Source of the DNA: the human T2T-CHM13v2.0 reference genome, Homo sapiens
Direction: 5' to 3' (one strand)
NCBI RefSeq assembly: GCF_009914755.1
Contig: NC_060936.1
Length of the DNA: 64,000 nucleotides
Shown: positions 17,838 to 33,625 of the stretch, piece by piece
How the letters are laid out: every line of letters begins with the position of its first letter
How positions within the stretch are numbered: position 1 is the stretch's first letter
Translations under genes and position numbers: made by a program
The notes under the pieces: generated by a model
What the model was told of the DNA's origin: nothing
Database searches by the model: none
What the model saw: only the letters and a program-made list of their open reading frames with translations

Positions 17838-19350
17838 CTAACTGATAGGAATTCACTGTTGCAGATTTTTTTTTTTTGCCTGTGTAATTTACAAAAGTTT
17901 ATTTCGGTTCTCTGTGGAGCTGGAAGGAGAAAAATGGGGGCAGGTATTATTTCGTGAGTTCAGACCTAAAATGTATTTATAATTTGCCATTTACTTCCAA
18001 AACAAATTTGAAGTGCCTAGAATTAAAGTCATTTAGTATAAAAATTAATGTAAAAGCTCTAACAATTCATTTTTATCATAATTACAATAAATCAGATTAA
18101 CTCTAAAAACCATAAATCAATAATATGAGCCTTAAGTAGTAGACTACTTCCTATATACAAACAATTGGTTAGTAGTCCCTGCTTACTTATCAATTCTAGT
18201 AAAAATTCTGAACAAATCAATCCTCACATCTCTGACACTGTCGCAAGAAATGTGTTTCCAGAGATATGTGATGAGAATATTTCTATCAGAATTTTTCTTA
18301 TCAGGTCCCTCATGAAACTTTTAATTCCTGTAAAGAGTATGTAACCATCCATGAACCCATTGCCAAAGTAAAAGCACACTGAAATAACACTACCTACGAA
18401 GATGGGGAATTAACACATGAGCCTTATAAGGCACCACTTATTTTCTTTCTCATCAAGGAAGAAATTCCACCTGTTTCAATTTGTCTCACTACTTAAGACC
18501 AAGAGAAGGCCGGGCGCGGTGGCTCACGCCTATAATCCCAGCACTTTGGGAGGCCAAGGCGGGCAGATCACGAGGTCAGGAGATTGGGATTATCCTGGCT
18601 AACACGGTGAAACCCCGTCTCTACTAAAAATACAAAAAATTAGCCGGGCGTGGTGGTGGGGGTGTATTGAATGGCTTTTCTAGAGCTACCAATATAGTAC
18701 TAAACGGCTTTTCTAGAATAAAACTAGCAACACAGTACTAAAGGGCTTTCCTAGACCACAGACGCTTTTGTGGTTCATAGAGCTTCATTTACCTTCACTT
18801 CCCTCCTCTTCAATATAAATCTGAAAAAGTACAAAGAATGGTGATATCAGGAAGCCTAAATTGAAGAAATAAAATTTATTGAAAGAGGAATAAATAATGC
18901 CTTATGAAGGCTGTAGGACAATCTTCTTATGACCTCTTTAATGGATCTTTTTCATAGGATGACAAAAAGACCATGTTCAGGATAAGACATGGCCAGTTTC
19001 TAAAGGTATTGGGTGTGTAGAGGGACCTGATTTTGCCATTTCAATGTGTTATACTAAACAATGCTATTCTGTGACAAATTTAGAGCAATAAGGGCTATAC
19101 AGGCATATTAAAAATTATCTGGCCAGGCACAGTGGCTCATGCTTGTAATCTCAGCATTTGGGGAGGCCAAGGCAAGAGGATCACTTGAAGCCAGGAGTTT
19201 GAGACCAGCCTGGGCAACATAATGAGACCCTGTCTCTACAAAAATATATTTTAAAAAAATTTCTTTGGGCCAGGAACAGTGGCTCACGTCTATAATCCCG
19301 GCACTTTGGGAGGCTGAGGTGGTTGGATCACTTGAGGTCTGGCCAGCCTA

Positions 19351-19638
<288 letters not shown>

Positions 19639-19771
19639 TCAATATCTATAATCTTTTAATTAAAGTAGCTGCTAGCTTAGCAAAAGGGCCATACAGAATT
19701 TCAACATTTAATCTCTCACAATTTGGATTATAATTCAGAACTGTTCAAATTTCAACCTTTTTTTTTTTTAG

Positions 19772-19954
<183 letters not shown>

Positions 19955-20213
19955 TGACCAGGATGGTCTCGATCTCTTGACCTCGTGATCTGCCCACCCC
20001 GGCCTCCCAAAGTGCTGGGATTACAAGCATGAGCCACTTGGCCCAGCCTCAACTTTAAGATTACAGTATTACTTCTTACAATTTAATAATAATATAAATT
20101 ATTTGAAAGTTTATTTTAAACAATTAAATGGATTACTCTCTGGCTAAATGTAAACATTTGCAGTACAAAGAGAAATAGGACCTCTGCAAATGATTCATTT
20201 TCATAATATTTTA

Positions 20214-20782
<569 letters not shown>

Positions 20783-20927
20783 TCAAAAAAACAACAACAA
20801 AAAAAATGTATAAATGAACAAATTAACAATACAAAAGAAAGGGCACAAGAGTTTTGTTCATGAGCGTGTACTAAACCCACATAATCATCAGTACTGGAGC
20901 CCGCAGGGAAAGTGACTAGTCACCTAC

Positions 20928-21051
20928 TTTCTCAATTGGTGTCTTCTTACTTTGCTCATTTCCTTGTTTAGATCTTGAACCTCCATCTTCTACATGTGCT
21001 CTCTTTGGTTGGTTCTGCTTCAGTTTTTGTGCCCATGATGTTATAGCATTA
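20928..21051 (-). CDS. MPHOSPH9: MPHOSPH9 coding exon 6 (SNAITSWAQKLKQNQ...KKTPIEK)
   Basis: Acceptor AAATAG|TA, donor AAA|GTAGGT; 124 nt, phase 2->0. Confidence 0.92.
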
Positions 21052-21998
21052 CTATTTAAGAAGAGAAAACCAAAATTACTTTTTTTTTTTGTTTTGAGAC
21101 AGAGTCTTGCTGTGTCGCCCAGGCTGGAGTACGGTGGCGCAATCTCAGTTCACTGCAACCTCCATCTCCTAGGTTCAAGCAATTCTCGTGCCTCAGTCTC
21201 CTGAATAGCTGGGATTACAGACGCACTACCTCGCCCAGCTAATTTTTGTATTTTTACTAGAGATGGGGTTTCACCATGTTGGCCAGACTGGTCTCAAACT
21301 CCTGACCTCTGCCCACCTCAGCCTCCCAAAGTGCTGGGATTACAGGCATGAGCCACCACACTGGGTTCCAAAATTATTTCTTTAGATACTGTACTTCACA
21401 TATAAAGCTAACCACCAGTTGCTTTCAGTTGTTGTGTGTGTGGTTTTTGTTTGTTTGTTTGTTTGTTTTTTAGAGACCCTCTCTGTCACCCAGGCTAGAA
21501 TGCAGCGGCAGTGGTGCAATGACAGCTCACTGCAGTCTGACCTTCCTCAGCTCAGGTGATCCTCCCACCTCAGCCTCCCTAGTAGATGGGACCACAGGTG
21601 GCCACCACCACACCCAGCTAATTTTTCTATTTTTTTTGTAGAGCCAGGGTCTTGCCATGTTGCTCAGGCTGATCTCGAACTCCTGGGCTCAAGTGATCCA
21701 CCTGTCTCAGCCTCTCAAAATGCTGGGATTACAAGTGTGAGCCACTGCGCCCAGCCAGTTGTTTTTTCTACTAGCGGTAAGACAATGAATTTTTATTAAT
21801 TCACCTACATTACTTTTTTCAATTTCTTATTATCAAAGGCAAAGTAAACAAAAAGACTAACAGTGACAGGCCTGGCGCAGTGGCTCACGCCTGTAATCCC
21901 AGCACTTTGGGAGGCTGAGGCGGGTGGATCACAAGGTCAGGAGATCGAGACCATCCTGGCTAACATGGTGAAACCCCGTCTCTACTAAAAGCTACTCA

Positions 21999-22136
<138 letters not shown>

Positions 22137-22635
22137 CTAATAATACAAAAAGTCTGTAGCCATAGACTAGAACAAAAACCACCACATTTGCCCTTCCAAG
22201 TGCTAAATGTATCTCTACAATGAGAGTGTATTTGTTGGCATAAATCAATCATTATACTTGAACATACATAAGATTTGTGTTGCTTTAGATGACACAATTC
22301 AGGGACATGAAACTAAAAACTTGGGATAAATTATGAAATTTTTAAGGATTACTTGTTTTACAAACATTCAGTCACAGTTTAATAAAAAGCCTCCTTTGTC
22401 ATGAAATGTCACTAAATTTATAAAAATTCTTCTTATACATAAAAAACATTCAGGCTGGGTGCAGTGGTTCACGCCTGTAATCCCAGCACTTCGGGAGGCC
22501 AAGGTGGGCATATGTTGTAAGACTACTAAACTCTCAGGAGTTCAAGACCAGCCTGGCCAACACGGCGAAACCCCGTCTCTACTAAAAATACAAAAATTAG
22601 CCGGACGTGGCGGTACATGCCTGTAGTCCCAGCTA

Positions 22636-22852
<217 letters not shown>

Positions 22853-22908
22853 TCACACCATAATCCCAGCACTTTGGGAGGCTGAGGTGGGCACGTCACC
22901 TGAGGTCA

Positions 22909-23115
<207 letters not shown>

Positions 23116-23444
23116 TCAAAAAAAACAAAACATAAAATTGGGTAACCCTGTATATAATTTTTGGTTTCAGCTGGACATGGTAACATAGCACGCGCTCATA
23201 GTCCTAGCTACTCAGGAGGATCACTTGAGCCCAGGAATTTTAGGCTACAGTGAGCTATGATTGCACCACGGCACACCAGCTTGGGCAACAAAGCAAGACC
23301 CCCACCTTTAAGAAAAAAAAATTGTGGCTGGGCGAGGTGGCTCACACCTGTAATCCCAGCACTTTGGGAGGCAGAGGCGGGCAGATCACAAGGTCAGGAG
23401 ATCGAGACCATCCTGGCTAACACAGTGTAACCCCGTCTCTACTA

Positions 23445-23720
<276 letters not shown>

Positions 23721-23923
23721 TTAAGAGTTTAGTAGTCTTATAACATTACAGATGGGAAGAAAGTCAGTGTCATTAGAATATAGTGTGCTTTGTTTATTTC
23801 AATTTTCTACAGGCAATGAACTGATAAATGTTCAAATACATCTCATTCTATTATAGTGCATTAAAAGGAACACTAGATTCTAAATGTAATAAACTCCCTT
23901 CAAATGATAGAAATTCTACTTAC

Positions 23924-24447
23924 CTATTTGTTTTCCCACTGTATACTTCAGAAACCTTATTTTCACCAAGAAAATTATGTTCAAATTCACCAGGAGAAAT
24001 GGATACATCTTCCTTTAAAGACACATGACACTCTTCAGGAGTCTGTATATAAAAATTCTCATTTTTCACACCATCTACAAGTGACTCAGCCGGCACCGCA
24101 GGTGCTACATACTGTCCTTTGGGAACATCTATGTGCTCCATGAACTCCTTAGGGTCTTTAGATTTGTACAGATTTAATTCTGAGATACAAAAGGTGCCAT
24201 ATCCACTGCTTACTGAGCAACTATCCACATTGCAGTCTGGTTGTGACGTGGACATTTCTTGCTGTATTTCAGGTTCTGTGGATTCAGGATAATGGATAAC
24301 AGATTCATTTCTCTCACTGCTTAGAGAAAAAAAACCCATTTGACTTTCCGAAGATACTTGTTTGTTTGAAGAATTTCCTTCACAGGAAGCTAAGGAAGCA
24401 CTACTAGTCTGTAATTTGACTAAATTTTTTATCTCCTCCTGTATATG
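23924..24447 (-). CDS. MPHOSPH9: MPHOSPH9 coding exon 5 (HIQEEIKNL...YSGKTN); contains in-frame Met153 at 24339
   Basis: Overlaps ORF 23920..24339; acceptor TTTCCAG|CA, donor TAG|GTAAGT; 524 nt, phase 0->2. Confidence 0.95.
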
Positions 24448-25279
24448 CTGGAAATAAAAAGTTATAGATTTGGGTAAGAAAGTATATTAAACATCATATT
24501 TTTATGACTGTTACAAGAATATCATGTTTCAAAATATGATGAGATATTATTCTAAAGATAATGTGATACTTTATCTTTAGTTTATAAACAAAATTGAGGC
24601 TGGTGGCCAGGCACAGTGGCTCACGCCTGTAATCCCAGCACTTTGGGAGGCCGAGGTGGGCAGATCACAAGGTCAGGAGCTCAAGACCAGCTTGGCCAAC
24701 ACGGTGAAACTCTGACTCTACTAAAAATTAGCCAGACACGGTGGTGCGCATCTGTAATTCCAGCTACTCAGGAGTCTGAGGCAGGAGAATTTCTTGAACC
24801 CAGGAGGCAGAGGTTGCAGTCAGCTAAAATCATGTCACTGCACGCCAGCCTGGGTGACAGAGTGAGACCTTGTCTCAAAAAAAAAAAAAAAAATTGATAT
24901 AACGTATTGTTTTTTCTTACAAATATAAAAAAGGATGCTGGGTGTGGTGGCTCACGCCTGTAATCCCAGCACTTTGGGAGGCCAAGGCGGGCAGATCAAG
25001 AGGTCAGGAGTCCCAGACCAGCCTGGCCAACATGGTTGGTACTAAAAATACAAAAATTAGCCAGGTATGGTGGCACACACCTGTATTCCCAGCTACTCAG
25101 GAGGCTGGAGCAGGAGAATTGCTTGAACCTGGGAGGCGGAGTTTGCAGTGAGCCAAGACCGTGCCATTGCACTCCAGCCTGGGCAACAGAGTGAGACTCC
25201 ATCTCAAAAAAAAATAAATGAAAATAAAAGTAAAAAAGGGCTGGGCAGGAGGCCGAGGTGGGTGGATCACCTGAGGTCA

Positions 25280-25585
<306 letters not shown>

Positions 25586-25589
25586 TTAC

Positions 25590-25679
25590 TTGAATTTGGT
25601 TGTGGAACTGCTCCTGCTGGGCAACTATCTGTTCTTGGCATTGTTTTTCCACCAAATTGAATAGCTGTAACCACCTGGT
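25590..25679 (-). CDS. MPHOSPH9: MPHOSPH9 coding exon 4 (TRWLQLFNLVEKQCQEQIVAQQEQFHNQIQ)
   Basis: Acceptor TTTAATAG|AC, donor CAA|GTAAGT; 90 nt, phase 0->0. Confidence 0.92.
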
Positions 25680-26504
25680 CTATTAAATTATAAAATATTT
25701 TAGTTAAAAATAATTTTTTGACTTAACATTTCACAGAACAATTCCTCCAGTGTAAAAGAGCCCTTTTTAGGTCATGATCCATCCCAAATCCCAAGAGCCA
25801 TCAGCACTCTCATAGCTAGAGTATGCTGGCGCGCCACACCAAGAGAGCAGGGAGTTCTACAGAAGGCTACGTTCAGCCTCAAGGCTGGGAAACTTTCAGC
25901 CACAGACCACATGCAGCAATATACAACATCAGGAAGTGGCTATGAAAACTAACTGCCTGCGTAAAGCCTTTCAGCATCTTTCCACTCCTAAGCTCTCCTT
26001 AGACGGCTCTGCACTGTCTGTCTCCTACGCACCTCTCCACTTCATCCCAGCCCTCTGTCCTTTGCTGACTACGCACCTGCCTCACGGGCATCCTCTGTTC
26101 GTGAGCATGCCAAAATTGTCTCCCACCTCACAGCTGAGCACCTGATGTGCCCATCACCTCGCGAGCTCTTGCACAGCTCTCACCATGACTGCTGTCTTCC
26201 CACCCTGCAATTTCAGCCTAATTGTCATCTTCTCAAACCATCCTAACAGTTCCTTTCTTTCTTGTCATCCTATTTATTTCCTTCATAGTATTTGCCACAT
26301 CAGAAAGTCTCTTAAATGTTCACTTTGTGAACTCTGTCTCCTACCCCTGCCCCACTCTAACTCCAAGCTCTCCACTAAAAACTCGTGGGGTCCTGGACAA
26401 ATTAATTTGTACCTCAGTTTCCTACTTTATAAAATGGGAATAATAATATCTCATAGATGGCTAAAAGGATTAAGTTTTATTTATTTATTTATTTTTTTTT
26501 TTGA

Positions 26505-26618
<114 letters not shown>

Positions 26619-27831
26619 TGAGATTACAGACATGTGTCACCATGTTCGGCTAATTGCTAATTTATATATATATATATACACATTTTTTTTTTTTTTTTTT
26701 TTTTGGAGACAGAGTCTTGCTCTGTCGCCCAGACTGGAGTGCAGTGGCATGATCTCGGCTCACTGCAAGCTCTGCCTCCTGGGTTCACGCCATTCTCCTG
26801 CCTCAGCCCCCAAGTAGCTGGGACTACAGGCACCCGCCACCACACCCGGCTAATTTTTTTGTATTTTTAGTGGAGACGGGGTTTCACCATGTTAGCCAGG
26901 ATGGTCTCAATCTCCTGACCTCATGATCCGCCTGCCTCGGCCTCCCAAAGTGCTGGGATTACAGGCGTGAGCCACTGCACCCAGCCGAATTTTCATATTT
27001 TTTAGTAGAGACATGGTTTCACCATGTTGGCCAGGCTGTTCTCGAACTCCTGACCTCAAGTGATCCACCCGCCTCGGTCTCCCAAAGTGCTGGGATTACA
27101 GGCCTAAGTTTTAAATTTAAATATGATGCAGTGATCTCAATGGGGAAGGAACTCCATGTTGGAAATCTGTGAGGTCACGGTCATGACAAAGCTGGGGGGA
27201 CATCACTGGCATTTAGTGGGCAGGGTCCAGGCATGCGGATCATAGGGCAGTCCCCCATGATGAAGAATTGTCCTGTGTCCATTTTATGTTATAAAACAAT
27301 AAATATTTCGCACAGTATTCATAACATCAAAACAAACTTAAGTTTCAAAATCTCATGAGAAGTTGGTCACCCTTTCAGAAAAGCATGTCACCAGTGGAGG
27401 TGCTGTACACAATACCTGGATCATCAACACACCATAGCTATATTGATCTGTGTTCAGCTGCTGAATTCACAGTGAGTACATACAGGTAAACATGACTACT
27501 TCATTATGTCTTCTAATGAACATGTGCCTGACATGGATATATCCAAATACATGTTATTTTACTGTAAATTTTTTATTTCTCCTTTATGTCACATTTAGGA
27601 TAGTATATTGATTTTTTAAAGCGGGTAAAGGTAGGTTATATTACCTATGAATTTCATTTCAGGATAATATAAATTGATGTTATTTTGAAAGCTGTTATAA
27701 AAACAGAGCTCAGAGGCTGGGCACAGCGGCTCATGCCTGTAATTCTAGCAGTTTGGGAGGCCAAGGTGGGTGGATCATTTGAGTTCATGAGTTCAAGACT
27801 AACCTGGGCAACATAGCAAAACCTTGTCTCA

Positions 27832-28161
<330 letters not shown>

Positions 28162-28311
28162 CTAATGTCAAAAAAAAAAGGTTGATTTCTAATTATCAAA
28201 AGTAACAATTTCTAGTTAAACACAAATTTTCCAGAAGTTAAAATACATTGTGGCAATGCCTCCTTTGTCCTAAAGCATGTTAATTCAGTTATCAAAAGCT
28301 AATAAGGGCTA

Positions 28312-28617
<306 letters not shown>

Positions 28618-30015
28618 TTATGAGTAGATACATTAAGGGAAGCATTTAATATACTTAATAAAACATTCCATTTTTAATTGCATTTGCATGGGCATTTTTA
28701 AAGGTCTTTCACGTTAGTGCATACTGATTATTATATGCAAACAAGCATAAAGTATAAAAACTGAAAACTCAATTTTTTAAGCATATAATAATACTTTTTT
28801 ATAATTTCAATAATTATGGATAATGGATATAAATAATTACACTTAGCAGTTGCTGCTATCGAATTCTTAAACCAGGTAATCTTTCATTTCGCTTACTCTA
28901 CATTCTGAAAAATAACACAAATTATGCTTCTAAAAGTACAATTAACGTTTAAAACAAGATCTAGTGCTTTCTAAGAATTAATAATGGTTTAAACATTTCT
29001 ATAAAAAACTATCAAATCCAGCCTTAGGAAAGTCTATCTTGAGCATTATCCTATGAAATAAAATTTATATATACTTTTTTTTTTTTTTACTGAGGGGGTC
29101 TTGCTATGTTGCCCAAGCAGGTCACAAACTCTGGGCACAAGCTATCCACCTCTGCCTCAAGTGCTGGGATTACAGGTTCTCTTTTTTTATATATAGAGAG
29201 AGACAGGGTCTCAGTCTGTCACCCAGGCTGGAGTGTAGTGCTGTGATCATAGCTCACTGCAACCCTGACTTCCTGGGTTGAAGTGATCCTCCCACATCAG
29301 CCTCCCAAGTAGCTAGGACTACAGACACCGTGCCACCATGACCAGCTAATTTATTTATGTATTTATATTTGTAGAGACAGGGTCTCGCTATCTTGCCCAG
29401 GCTAGTCTCAAACTCCTGGCCTCAACCAAACCTCCCACCTTGGCCGCCTAAAGTGCTGGGATTACAGGCGTGAGCCACTGTGCTCGGCCATGTAAGTATT
29501 CTTTTAACTGTTACATTTTTATATCACAATTTAACCTATGAACCAAAGAAAGAACCACTGATCTGAAAACAATATAATGCAATGTATCACAGCTGAATAT
29601 GGTAAGGTACTAAATAGAAGCTTCAATTTATAATTAGAACATTGAAAATATTTCAAAGTGGATTTAGGTTTTTCAAAATGATGACAATTCCATATAAGTT
29701 ACTGACAACATTACAATTAGTAACAATTTTAATAATTTTGGGATTCTCAGGTCTCTGAACCAAGACAATGTTTTAGTTCATATTTAATATACAAATTAGT
29801 ATGTCTAATCAGTAATATATTGTTAAAAAATACTTTTGATCACCTTTTTCCCATTCATTCAATATCATTCCCAAATTAATATACTTGACCACTTTAGCAT
29901 TAACTTAAAAGTGTCATGCTCTTCAGGACATAAATTTCTAATAATTTAGAGTTTAGTAGAGGTATGTTTTAACATAATTATTTTAAAATTCCAAAAATAA
30001 AACAAAATTAGATAC

Positions 30016-30169
30016 CTCACAGTTTTTCCAAAGTTCCGAATCAGTCTTTCCACTGTTTTGTAGCTCTTGCATTAAAGAAGTTAGGACTTCAACTGTACCT
30101 TGAATTACAGATGGTCTGGTCTTCCCTGAGAAAGAGGATACCCCATTTGTACTAAGGTGGGGACTACTT
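30016..30169 (-). CDS. MPHOSPH9: MPHOSPH9 coding exon 3 (RSSPHLSTNG...ELWKNCE)
   Basis: Lies within ORF 29983..30192; acceptor TTTCAACAG|AA, donor GAG|GTATCT; 154 nt, phase 2->0. Confidence 0.93.
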
Positions 30170-31134
30170 CTGTTGAAACATAAATAATTCAAATGGTTTT
30201 CTTCATTCTATCAAAGTGTTGAATAATTCAGCAGTTCAAGATTTAGCAGAGCAGTACAAAACCACTGACATTTAATCCTTCTAATGGCACCTCATTTGTT
30301 CAAAATCTGATCACAAGTTGCTCCACAAAAGGAAACGGCCAGTAAAAAGACCGCACTGTACTCTTTTTAAGAACACAACAAGAAGACCTTCTCCAGAAGT
30401 GAGAGAACACTCCAAAGGATCGGCAGAAAATAGAAAAAGTCTGTGCTAAACAATAAGATTAATTTCCAGCTTCTCTGATCTCAGCTATTCCAGAGGATTA
30501 TTTCCCCCAACTTTCAGAACAGCCCTTCATTGTGCAGTGGGGATTCTTTCCCCACTGCCCCAAATGACAGTCAAATCTTGTTCACTGGACACCCTTAATT
30601 TGGTACGATAAGCTGATGCTTATCTCTGCACTATCTCTGCATAAAAGTTGTGCCAAGCAAATCAGCAGCAAATATTCAGGACTTATTTAGCCTACTCAGT
30701 GTGTAAAACAGCACTGAGTTTTTCCAGGAGTACTGCTTTTCCAAACTTCAGGTAAGTTATTTCGGATTTGTTTTATAAACACACAATATATTTCAGGACA
30801 TTAAAATGTACTTAAAATCTAGTCACCAAAAGATCATTTTAATTTATTTACTGCTTGATATCCTGCTTTCTTTCACAAATAATTTGTTTAAAAAAATAAA
30901 TAAAAATAACAATAAAATAATAGTTAGGACCAGTGAAAATATTACTAAAAATTCAAAGGAGGCCAGGCGCAGTGGCTCACGCCTGTAATCCCAGCACTTT
31001 GGGAGGCCAAGGCGGGCGGATCACCAGGTCAGGAGATCAAGACTGTCCTGGCCAACATGGTGAAACACCATCTCTACTAAAATACAAAAAATTAGCCGGG
31101 TGTGGTAGTGCGTGCCTGTAGTCCCAGCCAATCA

Positions 31135-31284
<150 letters not shown>

Positions 31285-32245
31285 TTACATAGCTGTAATA
31301 ATCAAGTTTAAATGTGGCCAATTTAACTGCCAGTCACAATGAAAAGGAAGACAAGTTTAATTGCCTAATTTTCACTAGCAAGGCACAGTTAGCTTCCTCC
31401 AGCCAAATCAAACACTGTTCTAACAGGAATATCTTCTAGAAGTGTACTTTAAAGGGACCACCAAGTAATACAAGAACCAAAATGCGTGGCCAACTTTCTG
31501 CAAGTGCATACAGATTACTGTAGGACCATTTCCTGTGCCTTTTAAAATTTCCTTTTCTCGTTTTATTTCACATATTCCTTTGTTTTTTACAACTCCCCAC
31601 CCCCATTGTTTTATATACCCATGTAAGCTGCCTTAAATTCCTCCTGAAAAGGGCAGAGAATTAACAACTTTTAAAGTAATGTATTTATTTATAATACACA
31701 ATTTCTTCAAGACCTACCGTGTTTAAAGCTCCTTGCCCCTTTACCAGTAAGGCCCCAAAACCGCTGTTTTCCTTCCTTGTACCCGCTCTTTATAGATGCT
31801 CTCCTCTCTTACAGTCCTTGCCTCTTTGCTGTTTCTACACTACTATAAATTTAGAAACCCAATAACCAAGCTTGTCAGACTATGTGCAAATTGAAAGTAA
31901 ACAGGCTCTGATGAAAAACAAACCATGATCTGTGTTAAGACCATTAAAAAATAAAAAACCAATCACAGGATAGCTTAAAAATAAAATGCATTTTAAAAAA
32001 TTAATAAAATGCATAAAACACACTTTGATAACATCTATTTAGTCCACTATTTTGTCTACTTAGAGTCTGTTATTGTCTTAACTTCCTAATACTCAACTTT
32101 AACTGCTACTTCCCACATTGGTGAAGTATTTCTGCAACATAAAACATCAATTGTCCCAATCATTTAAAAATGTAGAAATAATATTTAGGCAACTAAATGT
32201 TAAAGATATGCTTGTAATTTACCAAAAACAAACAAAAAAGTATAA

Positions 32246-32578
<333 letters not shown>

Positions 32579-32813
32579 TAGCCAGGCTGGTCTCCAACTC
32601 CTGGCCTCAGGTGATCCACCCGCCTCAGCCTACCAAGGTGCTGGGATTACAGGCATGAGCCACCGCGCCCAGCCTCCCTGAACATTCTTGATGATAGGTT
32701 AAAAAATAATAATAATTCAAATCAGTAACTATGACACTATTTGGATAAGTTGATAAACGTATGCAAATAAGGTTATTCTGATTTGGTACATTTTTTTTAA
32801 ATCCCATTCTTAC

Positions 32814-32917
32814 CTATCAGTATTTAAGTTCAGTCCAAGAGAATGAAGAGAATTTTCATCAGATCCTACAGAAGATGAAGTTTTGTGTAAGGTTTTCACC
32901 AAGTCAAACTCTTCCAT
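32814..32917 (-). CDS. MPHOSPH9: MPHOSPH9 first coding segment (MEEFDLVKTLHKTSSSVGSDENSLHSLGLNLNTD) in exon 2 (exon 32814..33075)
   Basis: ATG at 32917 in strong context ACTATGG; donor TAG|GTAAGA; acceptor TTTTCAG|AC at 33076/33075. The 11 coding segments sum to 2025 nt = 675 codons with no stop. Confidence 0.93.
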
Positions 32918-33194
32918 AGTGTACAGAAATTGTTATATTCTCTTATTGGAAAATAAAGGTTCTTGGGCTGTTTGAGAAAAATGAATCCGTGTCATCTTCA
33001 GAGGCTTCATCATCTACTGGCATTTTCAGTGGCTAACATTCAGAACTGTGAAATATCCTAAACTTCCAAGAGAGTCTGAAAATGAATGGGGGAAAAAAAT
33101 ACTACTATAAAAAGCCACCAAAGCTAGCAACTGTTTTTACATAACTTTGGAAACCTTAACTGCTTTCATACAGATCTCCATTAAGGATAGCAAC

Positions 33195-33625
33195 AGTATT
33201 CATAATAATCAAAATGTAGAAACCACCCAAATGTCCATCAATGGATAAATGGATAAACGAATGAAGCATATTCATAGAACAGGATAGGATTCAGCCATAA
33301 AAAGACACATGCTACAACATACATGAACACTGAAGATACTATGCTAAGTAAAAAAAGCCAGTCACAAAAGACCACAGACTATATGATTTCATTGATATGA
33401 AATATCTTGAATGGGCAAATTCATAGACAAATGGCTGCCAGGAGCTGGGGAAGGAGAGAATGTGAGTGAGTGCAGCTGGTATGGAGTTTCTTTTTGGGGT
33501 GATAAAAAATTCTGGAATTAGATAGTGGTGATGGCTGCACAACCTTGTGAACTAAAAACCACTGAATTGTACACTTGTAAAAGACTGAATTTTATGGTAT
33601 GTGAATTATGTATCTCAATTAAAAA
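33195..33625 (+). mobile_element. L1M (L1MB-like) 3' end fragment
   Basis: AAACCACCCAAATGTCCATCAATGGATAAATGGATAAAC...GCTAAGTAAAAAAAGCCAGTCACAAAAGACCACA...GTGAATTATGTATCTCAATTAAAAA. Confidence 0.75.

Noticed and set aside
18663-18755. Repeat-spacer-repeat pattern resembling a mini CRISPR array
   Set aside because: Eukaryotic intron, only three degenerate copies, short spacers related to each other, no cas genes; kept as a tandem-duplication or repair scar
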